NCBI GenBank assembly: GCA_031552315.1
Contig: JAVBMP010000031.1
Location: 14,548-78,547 of the forward strand
Direction: 5' to 3'
Length of the DNA: 64,000 bases
Source: Desulfovibrionaceae bacterium
GTDB lineage: Bacteria > Desulfobacterota > Desulfovibrionia > Desulfovibrionales > Desulfovibrionaceae
In this document: in pieces, positions 45,549 to 55,005 of the stretch
How the letters are laid out: each line of letters opens with the position of its first letter
How positions within the stretch are numbered: position 1 is the first letter of the stretch
The notes under the pieces: model-generated
What the model saw: only the letters and a program-made list of their open reading frames with translations
Told to the model about the DNA's origin: nothing
Database searches by the model: none
Program-made: the position numbers and the translations under genes

Positions 45549-47114
45549 ATGAAAAAGTTATTGGTAATAGACGATGAACCGGCCCACCGCATGATGGTGC
45601 GGGCTGTTATGGAAGATGCGGGATGGGAAGTTACAGAGGCGGAATCCGGCCTGGTCGGGCTGGAACTGTTCAAGGCTGACCCCTTCATGGCAGATGTGGC
45701 CCTGCTGGACATGCGCATGCCCGGCATGGACGGCACCGCCGCGCTGGCCGCCCTGCACGAGGTGCGGCCCTCTTTGCCGGTAATCATGTTCACGGCCTTT
45801 GGCACGGTTGGTTCCGCTGTAGAGGCCATGAAGCGCGGGGCCTTTGACTACCTTACCAAACCGGCGGACAACGACGAACTGGTGGCCGTTTTGGAAAAAG
45901 GTTATGAATACGCCACCTTGCTTAATGAAAATGAACGCTTGCGCCACGAGCTTGCCGGGTCTGACGCGCTTGCCAACCTGGTCGGGCAGGGCGAGGCCAT
46001 GCGCCGCTTGCACGAATTTATTCTTCAGGCCGGGCCAAGCGAGGCCACCGTGCTTATTCTTGGGGAATCCGGCACGGGCAAGGAACTGATCGCGGAAGCC
46101 CTGCACAAGGCCGGGCCGCGCTGCAACAAGCCGCTGGTCAAGGTAAACTGCGCCGCCCTGCCGGGGCATCTGCTGGAAAGCGAACTTTTTGGCTATGCGC
46201 GGGGGGCCTTTACCGGCGCGGTCAGGGACAAGCCCGGCCGCTTCCAGCTGGCGGAAGGCGGCACGCTGTTTTTGGATGAAGTGGGCGAATTGCCGCTGGA
46301 ATTGCAGGCCAAGCTGTTGCGCGCCCTGCAAGAAAGGGTGGTGGAGCCGCTGGGTTCCATACGCCCGGTGCCGGTGGATGTGCGCATACTTTGCGCCACC
46401 AATGCGGATTTGCGCCAGGCCGTGGCCGCCGGGCGCTTTCGTGAAGACCTGTTTTTCCGCCTGAACGTGCTGGAAGTTGTGGCCCCGCCCCTGCGTGACC
46501 GGCTGGAAGACCTGCCCTTGCTGGTAAGCCGCCTTTTGCACCGCCTGAATATAAAAAACCGCAAAAGCGCGCAAAACGTGTCCCCGGAATTTTTGGCCCG
46601 CCTAAGCCGCTATTCTTGGCCGGGCAACGTGCGGGAACTGGAAAACATTCTGGAAAGGGCGCTTATCTTGAGCCGGTCAGACATCCTTTCACCAGACGCC
46701 CTGCCGGACTACCTGCTGCGGGAAGGGGCCGCAGCGTCCGGCGTAAGCGCGGGCGCGGCCTTTGGCGGCGCTTCCGCCCTTTCGCCTTCTGCTTCCGGCC
46801 CGGCCGGGGGCCCGGCTGGCGGCATGTCTGGAGGAATATCTGGCGGCCCGGCTTTTGGCGGCCCGGGCGCTTCTTTTCCCGCCGGTTCTGTCCCGCCATC
46901 ATATGCCCCGGCCTCATATGCCACGCCCGGCGGGCATGCGGCCCACAGCGGGGAGGGGGATCTTTCTCCCCTTGAAGAGGCGGAACTTTCCGCCCTGCAA
47001 GAGGCCCTGAAGGCCAACAACGGGCACCGGGAACGCACGGCGGATTCTCTTGGACTTTCCCGCCGCGCCTTGCAGTACAAGCTGAAAAAATTCGGCCTGA
47101 ACCGGAGAGGCTAG
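45549..47114 (+). CDS. Sigma-54-dependent response regulator (NtrC/AtoC family)
   Basis: Receiver MKKLLVIDDEP...DVALLDMRMPGMDG; AAA+ LGESGTGKELIA; ESELFGYARGAFTGA (GAFTGA motif); C-terminal Fis-type HTH RTADSLGLSRRALQYKLKKFGL. Confidence 0.95.
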   Translation: MKKLLVIDDEPAHRMMVRAVMEDAGWEVTEAESGLVGLELFKADPFMADVALLDMRMPGMDGTAALAALHEVRPSLPVIMFTAFGTVGSAVEAMKRGAFDYLTKPADNDELVAVLEKGYEYATLLNENERLRHELAGSDALANLVGQGEAMRRLHEFILQAGPSEATVLILGESGTGKELIAEALHKAGPRCNKPLVKVNCAALPGHLLESELFGYARGAFTGAVRDKPGRFQLAEGGTLFLDEVGELPLELQAKLLRALQERVVEPLGSIRPVPVDVRILCATNADLRQAVAAGRFREDLFFRLNVLEVVAPPLRDRLEDLPLLVSRLLHRLNIKNRKSAQNVSPEFLARLSRYSWPGNVRELENILERALILSRSDILSPDALPDYLLREGAAASGVSAGAAFGGASALSPSASGPAGGPAGGMSGGISGGPAFGGPGASFPAGSVPPSYAPASYATPGGHAAHSGEGDLSPLEEAELSALQEALKANNGHRERTADSLGLSRRALQYKLKKFGLNRRG

Positions 47115-47209
47115 GGCGTGGCAGGCGCGCGGAAGGCGGTAATCCGGCGTGCGGAAAGCGTTAATCCGGCGCGGGCGCGGAATTGGCAGGGCGCTGAAGG
47201 GGCACGGGC

Positions 47210-47959
47210 ATGGCAAAAAAAATAAAGGCCAGAGAATTGCTGTTCCAGCAGGGGCAGGCGGAAAGCCCGGAACAGGCAGAGCGCCTGATCATGGCCGGGC
47301 TGGTCTATTATGACGCGGAAAGCGGCCCCGTGCGCGTGAACAAGCCCGGTGACCAGCTGCTGCCGGAAACCCGGCTGGAAATAAGGGGGCGGGAACGGTT
47401 TGTCAGCCGTGGGGCTTACAAATTGCTTACCGCCATAGAATATTTCAAGCTGGACTTCAGCGGGGCCGTGGCGCTGGACGCGGGCGCTTCCACCGGCGGT
47501 TTTGTGGACTGCCTGCTGCAACACGGGGCTGTCCGGGTGTATGCGGTGGATGTAGGGCACGGCCAATTGCATGAAAAAATGCAGGCGGATCCACGGGTGG
47601 TGAACATGGAACGCACCAATCTGCGCCTGGCCGGGCCGGACTTGTTGCCGGAAAAGGTGGACGTGATAACGGCGGATGTCTCCTTCATTTCTCTTACCGC
47701 CATTTTGCCGCCCTGCCTGCAATGCCTGAAGCCGGGCGGGCGGGTGCTGGCCCTTATAAAACCGCAATTTGAACTGGGCTTTGCCAAAACCGTGCGCGGC
47801 GTGGTGCAAACGGAAGAAGCCCGTCAGGCGGCCATAGACAAAGTTTTGTCCGCCGCCGCCCCCCTTGGCCTGAAGCTGGTTGGCATGGTGCCTTCCGCCA
47901 TAAAAGGCCCGAAAGGGAACCAGGAATATATGGCCTACTGGGAATATTGCCCGGAATAG
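47210..47959 (+). CDS. tlyA: TlyA-family rRNA (cytidine-2'-O)-methyltransferase
   Basis: S4-like N-terminus, then FVSRGAYKLLTAIEYF...ALDAGASTGGFVDCLLQHGA and ALIKPQFE. Confidence 0.92.
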   Translation: MAKKIKARELLFQQGQAESPEQAERLIMAGLVYYDAESGPVRVNKPGDQLLPETRLEIRGRERFVSRGAYKLLTAIEYFKLDFSGAVALDAGASTGGFVDCLLQHGAVRVYAVDVGHGQLHEKMQADPRVVNMERTNLRLAGPDLLPEKVDVITADVSFISLTAILPPCLQCLKPGGRVLALIKPQFELGFAKTVRGVVQTEEARQAAIDKVLSAAAPLGLKLVGMVPSAIKGPKGNQEYMAYWEYCPE

Positions 47960-48084
47960 AGCAATTTACGATTGAAATGAGTGAATTGCTCGGCAAGGAT
48001 TTGTCTTCAAATCCTTGCCGCGAAATAGTCGTAGGCGAGCTTTGCTCGCCGTTAAGCGACGATTTCAAGCGTAAACCACTCTAG
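47958..48084 (-). repeat. MITE-like repeat, copy B (reverse orientation). It starts within the tlyA stop codon, and a solo arm follows at 48123-48154.
   Basis: agagcaatttacgattgaaatgagtgaattgctcggcaaggatttgtcttcaaatccttgccgcgaaatagtcgtaggcgagctttgctcgccgttaagcgacgatttcaagcgtaaaccactctag. Confidence 0.9.
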
Positions 48085-48221
48085 AGCGCTGCGGGGCTGG
48101 AACATTTTGCCTGTGCCCTTGGAGAGCAATTTGTGATTGAAATTAGTGAATTGCCTTAAAGAAGCCTGTTGCTCCGCGGCGTTTTTTCGCCTGCCGGCAA
48201 CGGGGATGAAAGGAGAAACCT

Positions 48222-49121
48222 GTGTCTGGAAGAATGAAAATTTTGCTGAGCTGCCTGTTTGCTTTGTCCGTTGCCATACCGGCCTTCGCGGCGGGCAACC
48301 TTGAACGTATTCGCGGCACCTGGGATTGTAACGGGGAAGAAAGCCTGAAGCTGAACCCGGACGTAAGCAACAGCCTGAAAGAACCGGAAGCCCGGCGGCA
48401 AGCCCTGCTGTTGTTTGAAAGCATCAGCTTCAAGGTGGATGCGGAAAAGAACAAGCTTGCCATGTCTGTGGGGGATGAACAAAAAATCAATCACTTCATG
48501 GTAAATTCTGATGATGGAAAATTTTTGGTCATTACCACAAGCGATGAAGAAAAAATAAATTTTGAATTTAAAGACGACAATACGCTTATAAGCCACGGCG
48601 CGGAAATGCGCATGCTCTTCAAGCGCCGCCAGGCCGCCTTGCCCGGCCCGCTTGTTCCGGCTGGCCCGGCGGATCAGGCTGGCCCGGCTGCTACGGACGC
48701 CCCGGCGGATCAGGCTGGCCCGGCTGCTACGGACGCCCCGGCGGGTCAGGCTGGCCCGGTTGTTCCGGCTAATCAGGTTGCCCCGGCCAGCAAGACCGGA
48801 CAGGCGGACACGCCTGCCCAGACTAATCAGAGTGCCCAGAATGATCAGGTTGTCCAGAATAATCAGGCTGGCCCGAGCAATCAGGCTGGGCAGTCCGGCG
48901 CGGGTGCGGCGGCGGATTCCAAGGGTGAGGATGCCACACAGGCGGGCGCTGTCGTCCCGGCTGACAAGACCGCCCCGGCTGACGAAACTGGCCCGACCGG
49001 CCAGACCGGCAAAGCTGATAAAACCGACAAGGGCGGCAAAAGCGGCAAGCCTGACAAGGGCGGCAAAACGGACAAAACCGGCAAGGTTGTCAAGGAAGGC
49101 GCGGCGCCGGTCAAAAAGTAA
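48222..49121 (+). CDS. Secreted hypothetical protein with a repeat-rich C-terminal half
   Basis: Signal peptide KILLSCLFALSVAIPAFAAG. AGGAGA lies 5 nt before the GTG at 48222. The C-terminal half contains a 36-bp repeat encoding ADQAGPAATDAP. Confidence 0.7.
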   Translation: MSGRMKILLSCLFALSVAIPAFAAGNLERIRGTWDCNGEESLKLNPDVSNSLKEPEARRQALLLFESISFKVDAEKNKLAMSVGDEQKINHFMVNSDDGKFLVITTSDEEKINFEFKDDNTLISHGAEMRMLFKRRQAALPGPLVPAGPADQAGPAATDAPADQAGPAATDAPAGQAGPVVPANQVAPASKTGQADTPAQTNQSAQNDQVVQNNQAGPSNQAGQSGAGAAADSKGEDATQAGAVVPADKTAPADETGPTGQTGKADKTDKGGKSGKPDKGGKTDKTGKVVKEGAAPVKK

Positions 49122-49151
49122 CCGGCGTTTGGCGCGGCATGGGGCCAAACG

Positions 49152-49231
49152 GGCTGCCTGAAAAAATGGTTGCCTGAAAAAATGGCTGCCTAAAAAAATG
49201 GCTGCCGGAAAAAATGGCTGCCGAAAAAGCG
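49152..49231. repeat. 16-bp x5 tandem repeat containing A-tracts
   Basis: ggctgcctgaaaaaat / ggttgcctgaaaaaat / ggctgcctaaaaaaat / ggctgccggaaaaaat / ggctgccgaaaaagcg, in a convergent intergenic region. Confidence 0.9.
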
Positions 49232-49428
49232 GTTACGGGCAGCGCCCTTGCTTGCCGTACGGTTTACGGTCAATTATCGAAGCACTTACGGTTTGCGCGG
49301 GCGCGGTTCAAAGCCGCTTTACGGCGCGACTGTTGCCAAAGCCCTCTTTGACGAGACAGCCTGCCTTGCGGCTTGGCCTAGCTCGCGCCCTTGGCTACCT
49401 TGCACCCTTGCCTACCTTGTGCCCTTGC

Positions 49429-50277
49429 CTACCGCCAGCGGCGTTTCTGCACCTTGTCCAGTATTTCCTTGTCCGCCCGGTAGGGGTTGCGCTGCATGGT
49501 ATTATGGGCTTCCAAATCCGGTTCCAGCCCCGGCAGGGCGCAGCCGTGGGCCTTGCAGGCGTAGCGGCTAAGGTATTCCAAAGAAAGCACATCTTCCACA
49601 TTGTAGGCCAGCAGGGTTTCCAGGGCGCGTTCATTGTTGCTGCGCTTAAATTCCTGCCACAGCAGCACGGCGGTCATGCCGTCCACCCCGTCGGCCCCTT
49701 CCAGCCCGCTACGGTTCAGGCCCAGGGTTTTTTCCACGGCCTTCAGGCCCCCGCGCAGGTTCAGGGCGCGGAATACCGGCAAAAGGTCAAGGTGGGCCAT
49801 GTTCAATTCAATGTTCAGGGCGCGGCGCAAAAAGGGCGCGTCAAAGGCCGCGCCGTTCCAGGTGACCAGCAGGGCGTAGGCCTCTATGTCTTTGGCAAAA
49901 TCTTCAAGGTTGCGGCCATACACGTAACAGCGCACGCTGCCGCCATCATAAAGCGCAATGCTGGTAATGTGGTCGCGCCCCTTGCCAAGGCCGGTGGTTT
50001 CAATATCCACATAGGCGGCGGAATGCGCGAAGTGCGGGTAAAGCCGCCAGGCCTCGGCGCCGCAAAGGCGCTGGCTGAACCACAGGGCGTCGCCGTCTTC
50101 CAGCCGTTTTTGCGCTTCTTCCAGCCCAAGGGCAAGCAGGCCGTGGTTCACCCCGGAAAAAGAGGCGGTATTGCAGGCTTTGTAGGCATCATCCCAGTTG
50201 ACAATGCCCGCATCATTCATTTTTTTTTGCATGGCGCGGCCTATGCCGGGCAAATGCAGGAAGGTTTCAGTAAGCAT
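49429..50277 (-). CDS. RNase H-fold (DEDD, YprB-like) exonuclease with an N-terminal helix-hairpin-helix
   Basis: LHLPGIGRAMQKKMNDAGI (HhH), AAYVDIETTGL (ExoI-like) and WNGAAFDAPFL. Confidence 0.75.
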   Translation of the reverse strand: MLTETFLHLPGIGRAMQKKMNDAGIVNWDDAYKACNTASFSGVNHGLLALGLEEAQKRLEDGDALWFSQRLCGAEAWRLYPHFAHSAAYVDIETTGLGKGRDHITSIALYDGGSVRCYVYGRNLEDFAKDIEAYALLVTWNGAAFDAPFLRRALNIELNMAHLDLLPVFRALNLRGGLKAVEKTLGLNRSGLEGADGVDGMTAVLLWQEFKRSNNERALETLLAYNVEDVLSLEYLSRYACKAHGCALPGLEPDLEAHNTMQRNPYRADKEILDKVQKRRWR

Positions 50278-50315
50278 TCCAGGGCCTTGTACAATGATTT
50301 TTTATAATGCTTCCG

Positions 50316-51386
50316 CTACAATATTTCCGCGCCGTCTTCCGTAACCAGAACCATGTATTCCCAGCGTATGCCGCCCCATTCCGGGTAGTAAAGGCCGGGT
50401 TCAACCGTTACCACCATGCCGGGTTGCAGGGCTATGGAACTTTTGGAGTTCAGGCTTGGCCCCTCATGGGTTTGCAGGCCTATGCCGTGGCCCAGGCTAT
50501 GGGTAAAGTGTTTGGCAACGCCCTGCTCTTCAAAATAGTTCCAGGCGGTCTTGAAGATGTCGCTGCACAGCACGCCGGGGCGTATGGCCGCAATGGCCCG
50601 TTTTTGGGCCTCGCGCGTTTGTTCCAGCGCCTTCATAAAGCGCGGGGCGGGGCTGTCGCCCACCCAAAAGGTGCGGGTCTGGTCGGAACAGTAGTCGTTC
50701 AGGCGGCAGCCGGTATCCACCAGCACGCAGCAATTTTCATCCACACGGGTTTCCCCCGGCACCGCGTGGGGCAGGGCCGCGTTGGGGCCAATGCCCACAA
50801 TGCTGGGGAAAGAAAGTTCCTCTGCCCCGTTGTTGCGGAAAAATTGCTCAATATCCCAGGCTATCTGTTTTTCCGCGCGGCCCGTGGCCAGCACGCCGGG
50901 CAACCATTGCATCAGCTTGTGGTTAAGGGAACAGGCCGCGCGCAGGCGGGCTATTTCTTCCGCATCTTTTATGGCGCGCAGCTTTTCCACCAGGCCATCG
51001 GCGCGGCGCATTTCCAGCCCCGGAGAAAGTTTTTCATAAAAGGCCAGGTTTATGGAAAGCGCCTCAAACCCCAGCGGGCCGGTCAGGATGCCGCGCAACA
51101 GGGAATTTATTTGCACAGCCGGTTCCCCGGCATAGATAAAAATTTGATCTTCCGGCCAAAAGCGCCGGGCCGCGTCAAGATACCGGGCATCTGTGCACAG
51201 GCGGTCTTTGCCGTCCGCCATAAGCAGAAGGCAGCCGGAACTTTCATTGCTTTGGTGGTCTTTCAGCTCAAAGCCGCTTAAATAATAGCGGTTGGCGTCA
51301 AGGGTAAGCAGCATGGCCCCAAGGCCCTGCCTGTGCATGGCTTCTCTGGCCCTTTCCCGCCGCGCCGCGTAAACTTGCTGGTTCAT
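50316..51386 (-). CDS. pepP: Xaa-Pro aminopeptidase (M24 family)
   Basis: CVLVDTGCRLNDYCSDQTRTF, HSLGHGIGLQTHEGP and VVTVEPGLY. Confidence 0.9.
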   Translation of the reverse strand: MNQQVYAARRERAREAMHRQGLGAMLLTLDANRYYLSGFELKDHQSNESSGCLLLMADGKDRLCTDARYLDAARRFWPEDQIFIYAGEPAVQINSLLRGILTGPLGFEALSINLAFYEKLSPGLEMRRADGLVEKLRAIKDAEEIARLRAACSLNHKLMQWLPGVLATGRAEKQIAWDIEQFFRNNGAEELSFPSIVGIGPNAALPHAVPGETRVDENCCVLVDTGCRLNDYCSDQTRTFWVGDSPAPRFMKALEQTREAQKRAIAAIRPGVLCSDIFKTAWNYFEEQGVAKHFTHSLGHGIGLQTHEGPSLNSKSSIALQPGMVVTVEPGLYYPEWGGIRWEYMVLVTEDGAEIL

Positions 51387-51473
51387 TAAATCTTTCCCTC
51401 GGATTTTTATAGGTAACTTAGCGAAAATATTTTAACCACATTGGGCGCGTTTGTCCATGCTCATTTCTTTTAC

Positions 51474-51502
51474 TTGTCTTTGCCCGGACAAGGTCTTATA
51501 AT
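51474..51502 (+). promoter_or_regulatory. Sigma-70-like promoter candidate for mutM
   Basis: TTGTCT - 17 nt - TATAAT, with the -10 element ending 44 nt before the mutM ATG. Confidence 0.4.
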
Positions 51503-51546
51503 ACTACCATCAAGTAGGTATTATTTTTCTAACCAGCGAGAATCAC

Positions 51547-52395
51547 ATGCCGGAATTGCCGGAGGTTGAAACAATTGCCCGCACCCTGGCCCCTCAGGTG
51601 CAAGACAAATATATTTTGCGCTGCAACGTGCTAAGCCCCAAGGCCATGCAGGCCGGGGCGGAACTGCTGCCCGCGCTTGCCGGGGCCAAAATTGCCGGGG
51701 TGCGCCGCCGGGCCAAGCTTTTGTTGCTTGACCTTGCCGCGCCGTCGCAGCCGTTGCTTGCGGGCTTCCACCTGAAAATGACGGGTAAGCTTTTTGTGCA
51801 CCCGGCGGGCACCGAGCCGCACAAGCACAGCAAGCTGATTTTTGAGCTGGGCAGCGCCCCTGCCGGGGAAGCGGACAGCCTGATGTTTTTTGACGATATG
51901 CGCACCTTTGGCTATTGCCGCCTGATGCGGCCGGAAGGCGTGAAAGACTGGCCTTTCTGGAACAAGTTGGGCATAGAGCCGCTGCTAAGCACGCCGGAAG
52001 AAATAGCGCTGGCCCTGCAAAACCGCGCTTCCAAAACCCGCATAAAAGCGGCCCTGCTTGACCAGGAACGAGTGGTGGGCATAGGCAACATTTATGCGGA
52101 TGAAGCCCTTTTCAGGGCCGGTATAAGGCCGGATGCCCCGCTGAAGGACATAAGCTTCGCCCGGCTTGTAAACCTTGGGCGCAACCTGCAAGAAATTTTG
52201 CAGGAAGCCATAGCGGCTTGCGGCAGTTCCATAAGGGACTACCGCGACGCGCAAGGCAATGCCGGGGCTTTTCAGAACAATTTTCGGGTGTACGGGCGCG
52301 GCGGGCAGCCCTGCAAAACCTGCCGGGCCACGCTAAGCTCCGCAAGGGTTGCCGGGCGGGGCACGGTTTTTTGTGAACATTGCCAAAAGGCGTAG
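51547..52395 (+). CDS. mutM: Formamidopyrimidine-DNA glycosylase
   Basis: MPELPEVETI, H2TH region, and C-terminal zinc finger CKTCRATL...FCEHCQ. Confidence 0.96.
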   Translation: MPELPEVETIARTLAPQVQDKYILRCNVLSPKAMQAGAELLPALAGAKIAGVRRRAKLLLLDLAAPSQPLLAGFHLKMTGKLFVHPAGTEPHKHSKLIFELGSAPAGEADSLMFFDDMRTFGYCRLMRPEGVKDWPFWNKLGIEPLLSTPEEIALALQNRASKTRIKAALLDQERVVGIGNIYADEALFRAGIRPDAPLKDISFARLVNLGRNLQEILQEAIAACGSSIRDYRDAQGNAGAFQNNFRVYGRGGQPCKTCRATLSSARVAGRGTVFCEHCQKA

Positions 52396-52455
52396 AAGCG
52401 GGCAAATTTGCGGCATAACGCCGGAACAAACGGTTTAAAACCGGTCAAGAGAGAT

Positions 52456-53673
52456 ATGAGCAAAACTAACCAGCCGGCCAGGCAAGGCCAGAACCCCGGC
52501 GGAACAGGCGCTGTTCCCGCAGCAGTCAAGCCGGCGGAACGCGGGCCAAAACGCATTTGCATTTTGCTGCCGCGCTTTTCCAATTACGGCGGGGCGGAAC
52601 AGTTTGGGGTGCGCCTGGCTACGTCTTTGGCCGAACGCGGCTATGCGGTGGATTTTATTTGTTCCCGCCGTGAAATACCCGCCCCTGCGGGGGTGAAGGT
52701 AATAGTTACCGGCAGGCCGGGCGGGCCGCTTTTTTTGAAAAACCTGTGGTTTTGCCTGCAAGCGGAAAAGTTGCGCAAGCAGGGGCAATATGATTGCGTG
52801 GTAAGCCTTGGCAAAAGCCTGAATCAGGATATCTTGCGCGTGGGGGGCGGCCCCTTGCGCACGTTTTGGAAGCTTTCTTCCGCTTCCTACCCCAAAGGCC
52901 TTTCGCGTATGTGGAAGGGGCTGCGCCGCCGCCTGGCCCCCAACAACCGGCTGACGCTTTTTTTGGAAAAACGCCAGTACAGCGGCAATACCCGCATCAT
53001 AGCGGTTTCCCACCTGGTGCGCGACTGGATTGTGGAAGACCACCCCAACCTTGCCGCCAAAGACATAGACCTGGTTTACAACAAGCCGGACCTGGAACGC
53101 TACCACGCGCCCCTTCCGGCGGAAAGACTGGGCGCCCGGGTATTTTTCAACATGCCGGAAGATGCCTTTGTAATAGGCACGGCCAGCAGCAACTTCCGCC
53201 TTAAAGGTGTGGAAACGCTGGTGCGCGCCTTGCCCATGTTGCCGGAAAATTACCGGCTGTATGTGGCCGGCGGCCGCAACCACGGTGAATATGATGAACT
53301 TGCCAAAAGGCTGGGCGTGTTTGACCGGGTATGTTTTTTGGGTGTGGTTGACCGCATGGCGGAATTTTATCATGCCCTTGACCTGTTTGCCCTGCCGACT
53401 TTTTATGACGCCTGTTCCAACGCGGTGCTGGAAGCCCTGGCAAGCGGGTTGCCGGTGTTAAGCAGCAAGACAAACGGTTCCGCCTTTTTTCTGAAAAGCC
53501 AGCAAGTGCTTGAAAATACAGATGACCCGCAAGAAGTGGCGGAAAAGATTCTGCGCTTGGGCAAAAAGTCCCCGCAGGGGCAATTCAAATGGCCCGCCAA
53601 CCTGCAAACCGGGGTTGACGGGGCCATTGCGGTAATTGAAGATTTTTTGAGCAAAAAAGAAAGGAAAAAATAA
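52456..53673 (+). CDS. Glycosyltransferase family 4 (RfaG/WaaG-like)
   Basis: ICILLPRFSNYGGAEQFGVRLATSLAERGY and PTFYDACSNAVLEALASGLPVL. The start is uncertain (TTG at 52408 or ATG at 52456). Confidence 0.85.
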   Translation: MSKTNQPARQGQNPGGTGAVPAAVKPAERGPKRICILLPRFSNYGGAEQFGVRLATSLAERGYAVDFICSRREIPAPAGVKVIVTGRPGGPLFLKNLWFCLQAEKLRKQGQYDCVVSLGKSLNQDILRVGGGPLRTFWKLSSASYPKGLSRMWKGLRRRLAPNNRLTLFLEKRQYSGNTRIIAVSHLVRDWIVEDHPNLAAKDIDLVYNKPDLERYHAPLPAERLGARVFFNMPEDAFVIGTASSNFRLKGVETLVRALPMLPENYRLYVAGGRNHGEYDELAKRLGVFDRVCFLGVVDRMAEFYHALDLFALPTFYDACSNAVLEALASGLPVLSSKTNGSAFFLKSQQVLENTDDPQEVAEKILRLGKKSPQGQFKWPANLQTGVDGAIAVIEDFLSKKERKK

Positions 53674-53736
53674 CCCTTTCCAAGATAAAAGTTCTTTGCC
53701 CCGACAAACCCTGCCGGGGTTTTCAAAGCGCGCCTT

Positions 53737-54726
53737 CTACGGATTGGCCTTTTGGCCGCCCAAGGCAACCAGGCGCTTGATTCCGCCCACGACAAAGGCC
53801 AGCGCGGCCCCGGCCAGCACGCCGAATATGGCCCCGGCCAAAAATTCCCAAACCCCGGCCCAGGGCAGGGTTGCCAAAAAGTCTGTAACATAATGGTAGG
53901 GCGGTATGCCGTGGGCCAAAATGCCGCCGCCCACGGTAAACATGGCAATGGTGCCCACCACGCCCAAAAGGCGCATGATTTTTGGCGAGGCCTCCACCAG
54001 GGCATGCCCCACGCGGTGCCCGTAAGGCCGCCCGGCCTCATGCTTGCGCAGCAGGTAGGCCCCGGCGTCATCCATCTTCACAATGCAGGCCACCAGGCCG
54101 TAAACGCCCACAGTCATCAAAATGCCAATAAAGCACAGCACGGCGGCGCGTACGGCAAAGGGGCTGTCCGGCGGCACCGTGCCCAAAGAAATGACCACAA
54201 TTTCGGCAGAAAGCACAAAGTCCGTGCGCACAGCGCCTTTTACGCGCTGGCGTTCAAATTCCGCCACATCCGCCACATTCAGGCATTCTTCCGCGGCGAT
54301 GGGGGCGGCATTTTCTGTTTTACCCGTTGTTTCATTGGCCGTTTCAGGCACGTTTTCAACATCGGTTATGGCGCAATGCTTGTCCTTGCGGTGTAAAAAG
54401 CGGTGCAAAAGCTTTTCTGCCCCTTCATAGCAAAGGTATGAGCCGCCCAGCATAAGCAGGGGCGTTATAAGCGCCGGGGCAAAGGCGCTGATCAAAAGCG
54501 CGGCCGGTATCAGAATGGCCTTGTTCAGCAGCGAACCTTTGGCCACGGCCCATACCACGGGTATTTCCCGCTCAGAAGCCACACCGGCTACCTGCTGGGC
54601 GTTCAGGGCCAGATCATCACCCAGCACCCCGGCGGTTTTTTTGGCCGCCAGCTTGGTCATAAGGGCAATATCATCCAAAACAGTGGCAATGTCATCCAAC
54701 AAGGCCAAAAGACCTACTCCGGCCAT
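53737..54726 (-). CDS. DUF808 (YedI-like) inner-membrane protein
   Basis: MAGVGLLALLDDIATVLDDIALMTKLAAKKTAGVLGDDLALNAQQV closely resembles E. coli YedI as I recall it. Confidence 0.88.
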   Translation of the reverse strand: MAGVGLLALLDDIATVLDDIALMTKLAAKKTAGVLGDDLALNAQQVAGVASEREIPVVWAVAKGSLLNKAILIPAALLISAFAPALITPLLMLGGSYLCYEGAEKLLHRFLHRKDKHCAITDVENVPETANETTGKTENAAPIAAEECLNVADVAEFERQRVKGAVRTDFVLSAEIVVISLGTVPPDSPFAVRAAVLCFIGILMTVGVYGLVACIVKMDDAGAYLLRKHEAGRPYGHRVGHALVEASPKIMRLLGVVGTIAMFTVGGGILAHGIPPYHYVTDFLATLPWAGVWEFLAGAIFGVLAGAALAFVVGGIKRLVALGGQKANP

Positions 54727-54738
54727 AGTCCTTCCTTT

Positions 54739-54866
54739 ATAGTGGTTTACGCTTGAAATAGTCGCTTAACGGCGAGCAAAGCTCGCCTACGACTATTTCG
54801 CGGCAAGGATTTGAAGACAAATCCTTGCTGAGCAATTCACTCATTTCAATCGTAAAATTGCTCTAG
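54739..54866 (+). repeat. MITE-like repeat, copy C, 13 nt upstream of the DUF808 start codon
   Basis: agtggtttacgcttgaaatagtcgcttaacggcgagcaaagctcgcctacgactatttcgcggcaaggatttgaagacaaatccttgctgagcaattcactcatttcaatcgtaaaattgctctag. Confidence 0.9.
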
Positions 54867-55005
54867 AAACAGGGTTGCAATTAAAATTCCAATAAAGCCC
54901 GGCCCCGGCAAACAGGGGGGCTCCATTCATAACAGGGCCCCTGCACCCCCGCCAAAGGGGGTAACCCTCTTTGGAAAACCTGATACCGGGGATCAGGAAG
55001 GGTGG

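Noticed and set aside
49152-49231. Plasmid or phage iteron origin
   Set aside because: There is no rep, par or initiator gene nearby, and the array sits between the 3' ends of two chromosomal genes. It is kept only as an unexplained repeat.
49198-51281. 369-aa and 324-aa plus-strand ORFs opposite the exonuclease and pepP genes
   Set aside because: The minus-strand products carry clear DEDD-exonuclease/HhH and M24 peptidase motifs. The plus-strand products are Gly/Ala/Gln-rich and have no motifs.
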